Source of the DNA: Tubiluchus corallicola
Lineage: Eukaryota; Animalia; Priapulida
Assembly: GCA_030141605.1 (NCBI GenBank)
Contig: JAQGDQ010002374.1
Span: 124,001 to 188,000, forward strand
DNA: 64,000 bases
Direction: 5' to 3'
In this document: positions 12,301-21,580 of the stretch, piece after piece
How the letters are laid out: each line of letters starts with the position of its first letter
Numbering within the stretch: the stretch's first letter is position 1
Notes under the pieces: model-generated
The model's database searches: none
What the model saw: only the letters and a program-made list of their open reading frames with translations
Told to the model about the DNA's origin: nothing
Program-made: the position numbers and the translations under genes

Positions 12301-15300
12301 GGTCAAGTCATTGCATATTTGGAAGCACTTGTGATGTGTAAAAATATATCTGTGCTGATTACTGATTGTATCTAGATTATGGACATCTAACTTATACCAG
12401 ATATTCACCTACTCTGATTTTTGACGAGTTTTCCCACCTTCTTCATAAAGCTAGTGCAGACCTTTAATAGTGGGCAATTTTAACTTTCATGTTGATTGTA
12501 CAAATGGCAAAACTGCTGCTACCTTTGTATTTTTTTAAAGATTCTTTTGGTTTATCACAACATGTTGCTTTTCCAACACAAAAACAAAGTTACGCTTTAG
12601 ATTTGATTATCTCTTAGAGTAACTGATAATTTGACACATGAATCACCTAATGCTCGTCATACGATTAGTAACCACATTTCCCTCATCATTTACCTGCATA
12701 TATTTTGCATTTCAGGAAATTTTTCATCATTATTTGTTATTAAAATCTCTACTGTAATGAAAATTATAAAAGTTATAATGCTATTATGCAACTGTGGTAC
12801 TACTGTTTGTAAATATATTTGCAATGACAATTCAAACACATGCATTGTTCTAAACCACTTCCTGTGTCATGTATTTAGGCTGTTAGCAGCTTAAGAACGT
12901 CAAAGAAGAACTTGTTGATCTTTGGTCATAATCACATGCAAGATTTTCGCACTTTCAGACACCATCAGTATCTCCCGATCAAGATTAAGAATGTCAATGC
13001 AAATTAATAGCAACTGATTTGTTGACACAGCAGCACAGACTAAAAGGTTAAACTCCAAATTTATGCCAGTGGCATAAGCAAGTGCTGTTATGATAAGAAA
13101 ATACACTAACTAAATGAAAATCGAGCACAAAAATAGAGGCATCTAAAAAATCCATAAAAGCCAAAGAAGGTGAAAAGTATCAAATAATGTCATAGATGTG
13201 CATCATATCAACTTTGTAGTTTTAAATCTAAAACTTTTAAATCTTTATTCTAAAACACAGCTAGTAAAGTACAATAGCACAATATTATTTGCTTTTGCTT
13301 CCCAACACGCTGCCAAATGTTAAAACCATTTTTACCTACAGTTACGTCTCCAGGCACCTGTGTGAAACTTTATGCACAGGAATTCTGCCTACAACCTGTA
13401 GCTATAGCAACTAGCGTCTTTATGAAAATTTTCAGAAAAGTCAAAAACTCATAAAACTCAAAACGTTTAACTTACCTGAGTTAAGCCTCATTAATTTTCT
13501 CCATTGAATATATCTCAACACTTTTACATTACTTTCTATAGAAGATATGCATCATTTAAAGACGTTTTGCCTAACTTCGTGTTTTTACTGGAACACATTA
13601 ATCCAAATTAGTGGTTGTTAAGCGAGAACTTACTATATTTCTCGCTATGCAAAATATTTTCACAACATCTCGCTATAGTAGGACAATCGGTACACCTTCA
13701 CAATTGACGTCAAACATATTGGTCTATCGCTCTGCCTCCGCTGTAACGTAAGCACGCTCAGCGGCATTTGGAAAAACAGCTCACGCTGGATAACAACTGT
13801 CTAAACTAAACTAAACTGACCTGAACAACGTGACAGTCACAACTAATGTCTAATCAGCAGATAAACTGATTGCTCTTTTTCATAAACACAAATTTGCAAA
13901 GCAGCAGCTATTTTAACACAAAATTAACACTTCAAGTAGCCAAGGAAATGACTTTTAAATTTAAACAGAATGTAGAGACGAAGTTCTAAAGCACTACAAA
14001 ACACAGAGACATAAGTATAATAAAGAGACTAAGCCAGCTAGCATGGCTTTAAAATAAATGAGCAACAAAAATATTAAAAGTCTCTCTTGCCTTTGAATAC
14101 CATCATGCCTGCGATGTATTTTTCTATATTAACTGATCATGTGCTCATCTGCAAGATTTATTCAGTTTTTGTATTTTTCCGTTTGTTAGGCTACAGAAAT
14201 AGAATAAATTTGATTATTCCATTCCATCGACGACCCTTATATTGAATGTCCGAGTTACATGAGTCCCAATGGCATCTTTTAACCATGATTACAACCAGAA
14301 AAATAGCGTAAAATTAACTAATATTACATTGATGTATAATATAGGTTTTGACCACATTTAAATTAATTTTGAGTGTGACGATCTCATTGAGGTTTATAAA
14401 AACTGGCCAGAAAAGAGAACATTTTGTTTTGCCTTTATTTATAGTTAATCAAATAGTTGTTTTTATCTAACTTGCAAAGCCATAAACTAAACTAAACTGC
14501 ATATTTTCTTCATTGCAAAATGATTTAATCAACAACTCACAGACGTAAGCGTTGTGCATTTCTTCCTATAAATGAAACTAGACTATATATTTCCACTAAT
14601 TCACTTGCAATTTCAATTGACAATAATAACACTTAGAACCAGGCCAATATTTCTCCCACTTAATGAAAAGTTGAGCATTTTTCATAACAGTGTTAGACAG
14701 TGCTGTGGTTAAATGTCCTGAACGTACCTGCGTTAATTAAGCTCTGCAGGTGCGTGAAATAACTTGCACGCTGATTGGACAGTCAACGAAAATGATTGAC
14801 ATAATGATTGACAAATTAGACGACACTTTCTATATTAGCGAATTTCAAGTTTAAATGCAAATTCTCTAAAAAGTGTTTTACGTGTTGACAATCATATTGC
14901 CCACACCTCTCTACCAAGGTCAGACTTTCTTATATACTGCTAGACAGTAGCTTATTTTTGGCATTTTAATTAATTTCTTAAATTAGTTAATGTTTTACGG
15001 AACATTTTAAAATAAATTATATTTTCAGCTACTTGGCGAACCAAATGACGAATTGTATAATGTGAAACACACACACATCCCATAAACCGCTATTACTAGG
15101 TGTTAGCACCAATACCACATAGAACTGTAGCCTAAAACATAATTATTGACAATATTGTAGCGTCCGCGCGATAGCTACATAATTTACAAACACCTGGCGG
15201 TGTAAAATAATAACTGATAGTATCTACCTGGCGGTGTAAATTAATAATCGTGCACTGAAAAAGAAAAATTGAACGAATACCTCCGCTAAAGTTTCAGATT

Positions 15301-15334
15301 GAGTAGGACTTAAGTCCCCAAAATAACCACTCAT
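194..15334 (-). CDS. SEC14L2: SEC14-like protein 2 family (CRAL-TRIO + GOLD) gene, 12 coding exons in window, 3' end off the left edge
   Basis: Manual splice: 15334-15281, 11024-10955, 10522-10479, 9913-9851, 7552-7462, 6894-6800, 6459-6381, 5431-5351, 4425-4342, 3658-3552, 1729-1581, 369-194. All GT-AG and phase-consistent (1093 nt). Protein MSGYFGDLSPTQSETLAEFKTQVRDI...YYLRWLRARDF...EDHYPETL...NAPKIFPIAYAIVKPFL...PDGDPKC...WEFITDENDIGFG...HLVPETG matches the SEC14L2/3/4 layout from recall. Exact paralog is uncertain. Confidence 0.93.
822..1135. mobile_element. Degenerate hAT-type MITE
   Basis: Ends CAGTTGCAGAT ... ATCCGCCCTTG, near-TSD TGGATTAT/TTGATTAT, internal GCTTCCCCAGACCC motif. Confidence 0.45.
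1581..1729 (-). CDS. SEC14L2: SEC14L-like exon 11 (ICYGGEIPKSYYLQNN...VGKAGSIIR)
   Basis: tttcag| ... |gtaatg. GG.IPK.YY motif and start of the GOLD domain. Confidence 0.93.
1875..2698. mobile_element. Non-autonomous pogo/Tigger (Tc1-mariner superfamily) DNA transposon
   Basis: Perfect 23-bp TIR CCGTATATACTCGCATATAAGCC, TA on both flanks, subterminal GGTCGGCTTATA repeats. Confidence 0.88.
2046..2314. mobile_element. hAT-type MITE nested in the pogo/Tigger element
   Basis: Perfect 13-bp TIR CAGTGGTGTATTG and perfect 8-bp TSD TGTGTCAC (2038-2045, 2315-2322). Confidence 0.9.
3133..3419 (+). repeat. Diverged direct duplication (~105-bp core, ~185-bp period)
   Basis: AAACATAG...TAGAGTTAACAAAAA.TACTCCAAA.TTTTGTCTA...CGTTGC.GTCCAGTACA.AATATGATA at ~3133 and ~3317. 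Confidence 0.8.
3552..3658 (-). CDS. SEC14L2: SEC14L-like exon 10 (DNWQQLILDDIAMEEVPVFFGGQNRGPDGDPKCSHL)
   Basis: tttcag| ... |gtatgc. Overlaps ORF 3507-3710. Confidence 0.94.
3683..3857. mobile_element. Tc1/mariner-type (CAGT-ended) MITE; second partial copy at ~9281-9410
   Basis: TATAATCAAACCTC ... GAGGTAAGACTGTA ends. Shared core TTTGGGACT..AAAAAAGTTGGCAT...TTTTGTTTTGCT.AAAAT...TTAAGCGAG.TTGGCATT at both loci. Confidence 0.6.
4342..4425 (-). CDS. SEC14L2: SEC14L-like exon 9 (APKIFPIAYAIVKPFLTQHTRNKIRIHS)
   Basis: ttacag| ... |gtaaga. AP..F...Y..VKPFL...T..KI motif. Confidence 0.94.
4605..5198 (+). repeat. 30-bp minisatellite, ~20 copies (GACTAATTCAGAACAATAGGTCTAAGTACA)
   Basis: Tandem array directly visible in SEC14L intron 8. 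Confidence 0.97.
5351..5431 (-). CDS. SEC14L2: SEC14L-like exon 8 (GIDMCLDLLRMMEDHYPETLYKLNVVN)
   Basis: gtgtag| ... |gtaagt. HYPETL motif. Confidence 0.93.
5644..6291. mobile_element. Non-autonomous hAT element
   Basis: Ends TAGGGGTG ... CACCCTTA, perfect 8-bp TSD TAATAAAC on both sides, subterminal TTCGAA repeats. Confidence 0.85.
6381..6459 (-). CDS. SEC14L2: SEC14L-like exon 7 (HDKKIEGITVVFDLENLALKHVTYKP)
   Basis: tcttag| ... |gtatgt. Confidence 0.92.
6800..6894 (-). CDS. SEC14L2: SEC14L-like exon 6 (GMVHSATRNDALKSMAHELEKMYKAMEAQSKK)
   Basis: tcttag| ... |gtaggt. Overlaps ORF 6776-6991. Confidence 0.9.
7462..7552 (-). CDS. SEC14L2: SEC14L-like exon 5 (VLLKYSPKGICGEDREGHPVMYYYFDLDLK)
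   Basis: ctgcag| ... |gtaaac. G-x-D-x-E-G-x-P-V CRAL-TRIO motif. Confidence 0.92.
9851..9913 (-). CDS. SEC14L2: SEC14L-like exon 4 (DVIWRKQINADKLLEEYKVPE)
   Basis: ttgtag| ... |gtactg, 63 nt. Confidence 0.9.
10479..10522 (-). CDS. SEC14L2: SEC14L-like exon 3 (ARDFELKKSELMLRN)
   Basis: tttcag| ... |gtaag, phase 1 to 0. Confidence 0.92.
10955..11024 (-). CDS. SEC14L2: SEC14L-like exon 2 (FKTQVRDIARPEWDDYYYLRWLR)
   Basis: tttcag| ... |gtatg. CRAL-TRIO N-terminal LRWLRAR motif. Confidence 0.93.
11235..11600 (-). mobile_element. Decayed non-LTR retrotransposon 3' fragment (CCHC knuckle)
   Basis: Frameshifted QLRMGYSKLN/YHLHKIGGANSSLCECGLVNSSFSEHFLSECVLYSNQR, typical of LINE ORF2 C-termini. Confidence 0.7.
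15281..15334 (-). CDS. SEC14L2: SEC14L-like exon 1 (MSGYFGDLSPTQSETLAE)
   Basis: AAAAATGA start, donor GAG|GTATTC. Resembles the SEC14L2 N-terminus MSGRVGDLSP. Confidence 0.9.
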
Positions 15335-16604
15335 TTTTGTCGCATACAGCAAGATACACACAACACCAGAAGATCCCAGATAATGGATTAATTACATAAA
15401 ACTTTTGCTAAAGTACACAAGAAAACGATGTAATTATTGACAACAAGACACGACGTAAAGACATACACTGACAAATTTCTAAATCAATAAAGTGTACGAT
15501 AATCGTACTGTACCCAGTGAGCAATGAGCTCTGTGTTTGCAACGTTTGCGCCATCTATAGTTCAATTTCACAACTTTCTTCAAGTATTGCCAAGTAGGTA
15601 ATATTAGGTAATTAGCCTCTTTTAGCGCTATTTAATTGATTGTTCGATTCTATTGATTTTTATTAATTGCTAGAGTTAGGAGGTTAAGGCTATAATACAT
15701 TTTGAGAAAGAAGCTATTCGAAACTTGAGTTCGACTAAGTTAGAGTGAAATAAATTTTACTTTGGCTCAATTGTATAACAATTCAGTACGAATAAAAAAG
15801 TAATGCAACTCAATTGTTGTTTCCTTTGTGTCTACACTATCTGTCAGATAGACACAGAACATTAATAATCTAGTGCAACCTATCTACCTTAATTTTAGAA
15901 CTCTGTTACACATAATTACGATTCACTTTAGGAATGTATGCTATTGCATATTGAACGATGCCTACTGGGGGCAATAAATATAGTACAGACTCTAAAATAA
16001 TCTATTTATAGTTTCAGTTAATTCTCAAACAGAAAAGTTGGCATCTAGATTTGGATCGTTTACTACATAAATCATTCCGACATCAGATGAGATGTTCACT
16101 GTCGTTGACATACAGGATACACCAGCTATATTATATATCTGCTGTAAAACAGTTAAGTTGTTGCAATCCAAGTGTTTTAATAGAAATAATTTATGAATAT
16201 TTCCGTTCGAAATAGAAATTCAATGAATGAAAATGTTAATAATCAATTAATATTGAAGTCAGTATTCTTTCAATATTTAATTTTGCTGCAGCTTCAATAG
16301 GTATATACAGCACGTCTGTCTTTTATCAATTTTTTTTATTTAACTATTTCATTATTTTTTGTAACGCAGTCTGCACAAATATTACGCAGAAAAAGACACG
16401 AAGAAATTAATATGTTGTTTTTTATATTGAAAGTTTTTATGATTGTTTAAAATTTTGGCCAAATTTTGGCCAAACTTGGCGACGTTTTAGTTATGATTTG
16501 GCGAGAAAACGATATTTTGACGGCAACACTGTTACGTTAGACGTGGGTGTTTTCATACAGCATAACGTGTTCTCTACCGACTGAACGTTATAACGTTTTT
16601 AATT
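15335..16604. promoter_or_regulatory. Divergent (head-to-head) upstream region shared by SEC14L-like and VPS29
   Basis: Start codons are 1.27 kb apart and point away from each other. CTCF/YY1-like GCGCCATCTATAG at 15548-15560; GGCAACACTG at 16522-16531. Confidence 0.6.
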
Positions 16605-19600
16605 ATGGTGAGTTTATTTTAGTTAGATAATTCGCCTGTTTTAATTATATTTTGTTCACATGTGCCTTATTTTCTAAAAAAATTATATTAAAAGTACTAT
16701 CGCCCGCGGCCTTTTTTAGCACCAGCTAGTAGTGATACATAAAAATCTTGAGATTAGCCACAGATGTTATTTACCGTTAGCACCACTAAGATGGTAAATC
16801 ACTCAAGTTCTCAGTTTTATCTGTGATGTAATTTAAGTACATTCACACAGAGTCAATACTTTCCAGATGAACTTGTGTGCAGTGAGTTCTTTTTTGATCA
16901 GAAGAACAGTACCACTATTCTTCTTACATAATAATTATTATTAATATTATAATAATTAGTACATGATAATTATTATTATTACTGGTGCAAAATGTGTTTT
17001 TAACATTTCAGTTGGTGTTGGTATTAGGAGACCTGCACATTCCACATCGATGCAACAGTCTACCTCAAAAGTTCAAGAAACTACTAGTTCCTGGAAAGAT
17101 TCAGCACATTCTTTGCACGGGTAATCTGTGCACAAAGGAGTCTTTTGATTACTTGAAAACACTTGCTAGTGATGTTCATGTAGTACGAGGTGATTTTGAC
17201 GAGGTATGTTCGAAATTTACGATGCGAATTAACAAACAGTATAGCTTTTTGCCTAACATTATTTTACTGTCTTCTGTACTGTTTTATTATCTATATATTC
17301 TAATCTCAGAGTCTCTAAGTCATTACTATTTAACCAGCTATAGTGACAATTTGACGAATATCTTTTTTCAGAATTTGAATTATCCTGAACAGAAAGTGGT
17401 GACTGTAGGTCAGTTTAGGATTGGCCTCTGTCATGGACATCAAGTCGTGCCGTGGGGTGATACAGAAAGTTTAGCAATAATTCAGGTAGGAATAAAACTA
17501 AAATTTATACCCAAAATTATATTCATTTCATTTGTTTGTTTATTCCTGGCTTGGTGTTAATTTAGTTGTTAGGGACCCGTTTTCAAGGAGCAGAAAAATG
17601 ATGTTTCTGGATCATCTGCTTAAAGAACTGATGAGTCAATGCATTCGGTATTTTTGAAATAATAAATTGCTGTTCATAATTATAACAACAATACAATTAT
17701 GATACTAGTTAAGTGGTTTTCAATGTAATTGAATCAAAACAACTGCAAACTCGTTGAGCCACACACCTTATCCACACCGCACACTACCACACCACATCTG
17801 AAGTCATTGAGAGGAACCTGATCAAGGTTTGGGCTTCAAGCACCTCTAACCTCAAACCCGGCTACATATCAATTAGTTCATGGCAATAAGCCTTTTCACT
17901 GTTTCGCTATGTGCGCACCCAGTTACTGTACATCAAAAGTTAACTGGACCCAGAGCATCTTACTTAACTGCAACGGTCACATGACCTTATGCATGTGTCA
18001 ATATGTAGGTGAAACTGGTGAAATACATGGTTATTTTTATTATATACTACACGTGTATAGTTTTAAACTAGCATTTTATTCTTATATGAAAACACCTAAC
18101 AAAATAGCAGCAACAATCCATGTTTAATGAAATAAGGGAAACAAATATTGATGCCAAGAACTGCTGCTACAACAGCATGGGCCTCAAGGTGTTGTCAAGT
18201 GTAAGCAAATGCGTTGTTTGGTTCAGATAACTTTGTTAGGTTCACTTACCCTTTGACTGTTTCACAATCTTCATCAATCGCTGAAACTGTGAAAAGGCTA
18301 ATTGCAATTTAAGATATTCTACGCACTAAGAAATTGAGTGACATATTGTCCTGGTAGGTATAGCATCTTTCAAGCCCTTATTACATTATTTTATAATACA
18401 CTGAAGAGAAGAGGACAACTGCATATGCTGCAAAGGTTGTTAAGATTTATAGTTAAAGTAGTTCCTGATACTACACCCAAAATGTGCATTATACATAGTA
18501 GTGATCTACATATGTAGGCTTCTGTACAAACTTTGTTTCTGCATATAGTGCATATGTTACTAGTCTATCACTTGTGATAGCATCAGCCTATTATTTGGAA
18601 AGCAATGAGGTTTTAATTTTGGTCAGATCGATTCTTGATTGAATGAATTAGCCCTGATGGCATCAGAAAACACTTAAAATAGCCAAGGTAGATATTTCTA
18701 GAAAACTGTAATAATGATGATAGAAAAAGTCCAGTACAACAGATATATTTGTACATTGCAAAGTACATTGTATATAAATGATGTACTTTTGATTTTCAAA
18801 CATTCGTGTTTTGAATACTTAGCAATGTGCTTAATGCTATCGTAATCGTTAGAATGTGGGTTTTGCAAAAATTTTAAATACAAAGCACTAATTTTTTAAT
18901 TAGTTACTTGCTTAGATTAATTAATTGGTTAACAAATTAATTGGCTTATTAATATTTTGAAGAATACTCGAGCATTAATAAAAGTAAGTGTACAAAATGA
19001 CTTGCATGTATAACTATAGTACGCTTTTACTGAAAGAAATAATTTACGACTTTCTAGTAACATTTTAAACTGTAGCAGTTATTTACCTTGTCATTTGTTC
19101 CATTCGTTGTGAACTTCCATATTAATTATCAATTTTCTTACAGAGACAGCTTGACGTTGATATTTTAATTAGCGGACACACCCACAAGTTCGAGGCATTT
19201 GAACATGAAGGCAAATTTTATATCAACCCCGGTACTGCCACAGGAGCATATAATCCCTCGGATAGGTAACTAATTTTATTTTGTTGAAGCCTAGGTTTCA
19301 CAGTTTTCGCAACTTTGGCGACTGTCCGAAAATTTCTAAGTCCAACAGTCACTGAACAGAAGTGCCAAAAGTTCCCACATGGTCGCCAAACATGCTAATG
19401 TCTCCAAAAGGTCGTAGGCAATTTGGTAGGATTTTTTAAAATGTTTAAGGTTTGTTACTGAGTTGCAAAACTTTCCACCTTTCCAAAATTTCTCCAAAGT
19501 GTCGTTATTTTGTCTGGTCATGCTCCAAACCTGTGTATATATGTCGCCAATTATTTATGACATTTGCCAACTCTTTCAAAATTTGCGAAAACTTGGAGAA

Positions 19601-20206
19601 CATTTTGAGATGCTTGTGAGAATGCTACGTCGACTTTGCTACTATTTTTCAACATTTTGATGCCCTGTTGCATAAGTATCACAAAAGTCGTCGCACGATT
19701 TGAAAAGGCAATTTATGCCTGAGGAAAAAAAGCCTAAAATTCACGAAAAGAGAGCCGAAAATCATGCTAGTACAAAATTATATGTAACTTCGCATGTATG
19801 TTTGTGACCTTGTAACAAGAGAAAGTCGAATGAATTTTTTGGTAGCTGTTGAATTTAGATTTCCGGTCGTTTCAAAAAATTAAGCTACTTAAAACCCTTA
19901 AGAATGCATAAAGTTTGTCAGTGTTCACTGCAGAATAACTTGAAAGAAGATTTACATCGTCTTCTTAGCTGCATAAGTGTTGCCGTTCTTACAAATGGCT
20001 TTCACTAAAATTTTTTTTGTCTCTATTTTATTTAACTTCTTTAGTCATACAAATTTTACAAATATCTATTATAGTTATATTTGTATTTCAGTACAGTAAC
20101 ACCGTCATTTGTTTTAATGGATATACAAGCTTCGACTGTTGTCACTTACGTGTATCAACTCATTGGTGATGAAGTAAAGGTGGAACGGATAGAATATAAG
20201 AAGTAG
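16605..20206 (+). CDS. VPS29: Vacuolar protein sorting 29 (retromer/retriever subunit), complete, 181 aa
   Basis: join(16605-16607,17012-17203,17372-17485,19144-19265,20092-20206) = 546 nt. [40 protein letters not shown]...GHTHKF...[11 protein letters not shown]...VERIEYKK* closely matches animal VPS29 from recall. ATG-only first coding exon (ATG|gtgagt). Confidence 0.97.
17012..17203 (+). CDS. VPS29: VPS29 exon 2
   Basis: tttcag|TTGGTGTTG ... GACGAG|gtatgt; [13 protein letters not shown]...VRGDFDE. Confidence 0.97.
17372..17485 (+). CDS. VPS29: VPS29 exon 3
   Basis: tttcag| [38 protein letters not shown] |gtagga. Confidence 0.96.
17889..18299. mobile_element. MITE with 17-bp TIR in VPS29 intron 3
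   Basis: AGCCTTTTCACTGTTTC ... GAAACTGTGAAAAGGCT (1 mismatch). Confidence 0.7.
19144..19265 (+). CDS. VPS29: VPS29 exon 4
   Basis: ttacag| [40 protein letters not shown] |gtaact. Confidence 0.96.
20092..20206 (+). CDS. VPS29: VPS29 exon 5 (terminal coding)
   Basis: tttcag| (S)[46 protein letters not shown] at 20694 and 21075 downstream. Confidence 0.96.
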
Positions 20207-21156
20207 ATAGAACTGTTTATACTACTTTGTAAAAACTTTAATTCATTATTGGTAAATATGTCTTGCAAATATTCAACATACCTTAAGTTTCAAAGGACCA
20301 TAAATAATTATTTTTAAAATGTGGTATATATCAAATGTAGAATTTTTTCTGACCAATTGTGAGCTTGGAAGCCCTAAGCTCAAACAAAAGTGTTTTTATC
20401 AATTTACAGCCAATCTTGTTTAACTTGTGTAAGTAGTATTGCAACTATGTGTGCAGTATCTCTATCTTGTTTAAGTTCTATGTCCGACACCTGAAATATT
20501 GCTGTGAATTAATGATGAGAAGTATGGTTAGTATGATTACATATGTTTACGTAACACTGATTTTTCTCAGAATTTCATATTGGGTATGAGTTAGCCGAAA
20601 ATCAAAAGTTTTCCACCAAAAACTTGCACGTTATTTGCTCATCTGCTATCGTCATACCCCCCGAAAAAATGGTATGGTGAACACAAAGGACTTAATAAAA
20701 TTAAAATCAATGCATTTCAGCTGCAAGAATTATTGATTTTTTATACCAGATCCACTCAGTGGCGGTTGAATCACATGGCATCGGTCTGTGGAACCACTCT
20801 TTGTGGACTGAAAAACTGCATGTGCGAATCTCTGTTATTTGCAATCCAAAAAATTGTGTATTGCTGTCCCTACTTTGTTTAACTGTTACACAGAGGTCAC
20901 TCCAAACTTGAAGTTTTTTTCATTAACGTTGCTTTAGAGTTGTGTATATTTCTTCTTATGAACTAAATATCATGTATATATTGCTTTTTAAGTCATATGT
21001 AACTGTTATGAAGTAATATTATGTGTTAGAGTACAGATAAATTTGTCCTGTTGTGGAGAGAAATCTGAATGCTGAATAAATAGTGTTGACTTTAAATTAC
21101 ATGTAGTTTTAAGTGTGTATTACTGTTAAAAATCTTTGAACATTTGTCACAGATAC

Positions 21157-21248
<92 letters not shown>
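21157..21248. repeat. (AAT)n-(ATT)n inverted microsatellite
   Basis: Perfect spacer-less palindrome 21157-21236 centred at 21196/21197. Confidence 0.95.
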
Positions 21249-21249
<1 letters not shown>

Positions 21250-21580
21250 GTTACAGTTTACAGTTTATTATTTATAGGCATACTGTACTATCAGTGGTGC
21301 TGTACAGAAATAAAAGAAAATCACTTAAAATCTGAAAATTACTTTAAGTTATCACAAGAAAAATCATCGGTAAAAATTATGTTATCACACTAGTGAAAAG
21401 TTCTAGCATAAAATGATAAAGTGTTAAAATTACGTAAATGCTTGCTGAAACAGGTGAGTTTTAAGTGAGTTTCTTAAATTATTTAACATTTGTAGCCAAT
21501 TTCAGATTCATAGGCAACCAGTTCCATAAATGTGCTCCACAAACACTGAAAGTCCTATCCCCAAATGTTGACAACTGGTG
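21250..21580 (-). mobile_element. L2/CR1-group LINE 3' end
   Basis: Minus-strand TFGDRTFSVCGAHLWNWLPMNLK...LKTHLFQQAF, ending in an (AAT)n tail. Confidence 0.75.

Noticed and set aside
12411-12446. MKKVGKLVKNQ as SEC14L first exon
   Set aside because: Phase is incompatible with exon 2, and a much better exon 1 exists at 15281-15334.
16985-17560. 191-aa ORF as a single-exon VPS29
   Set aside because: Reads through a stop-free 168-nt intron (17204-17371) with canonical GT-AG; the inserted peptide is non-homologous.
17628-17662. CTGATGAGTC...GAAA hammerhead or C/D snoRNA in VPS29 intron 3
   Set aside because: Helix II cannot form, and no correctly spaced C/D boxes with a terminal stem are present.
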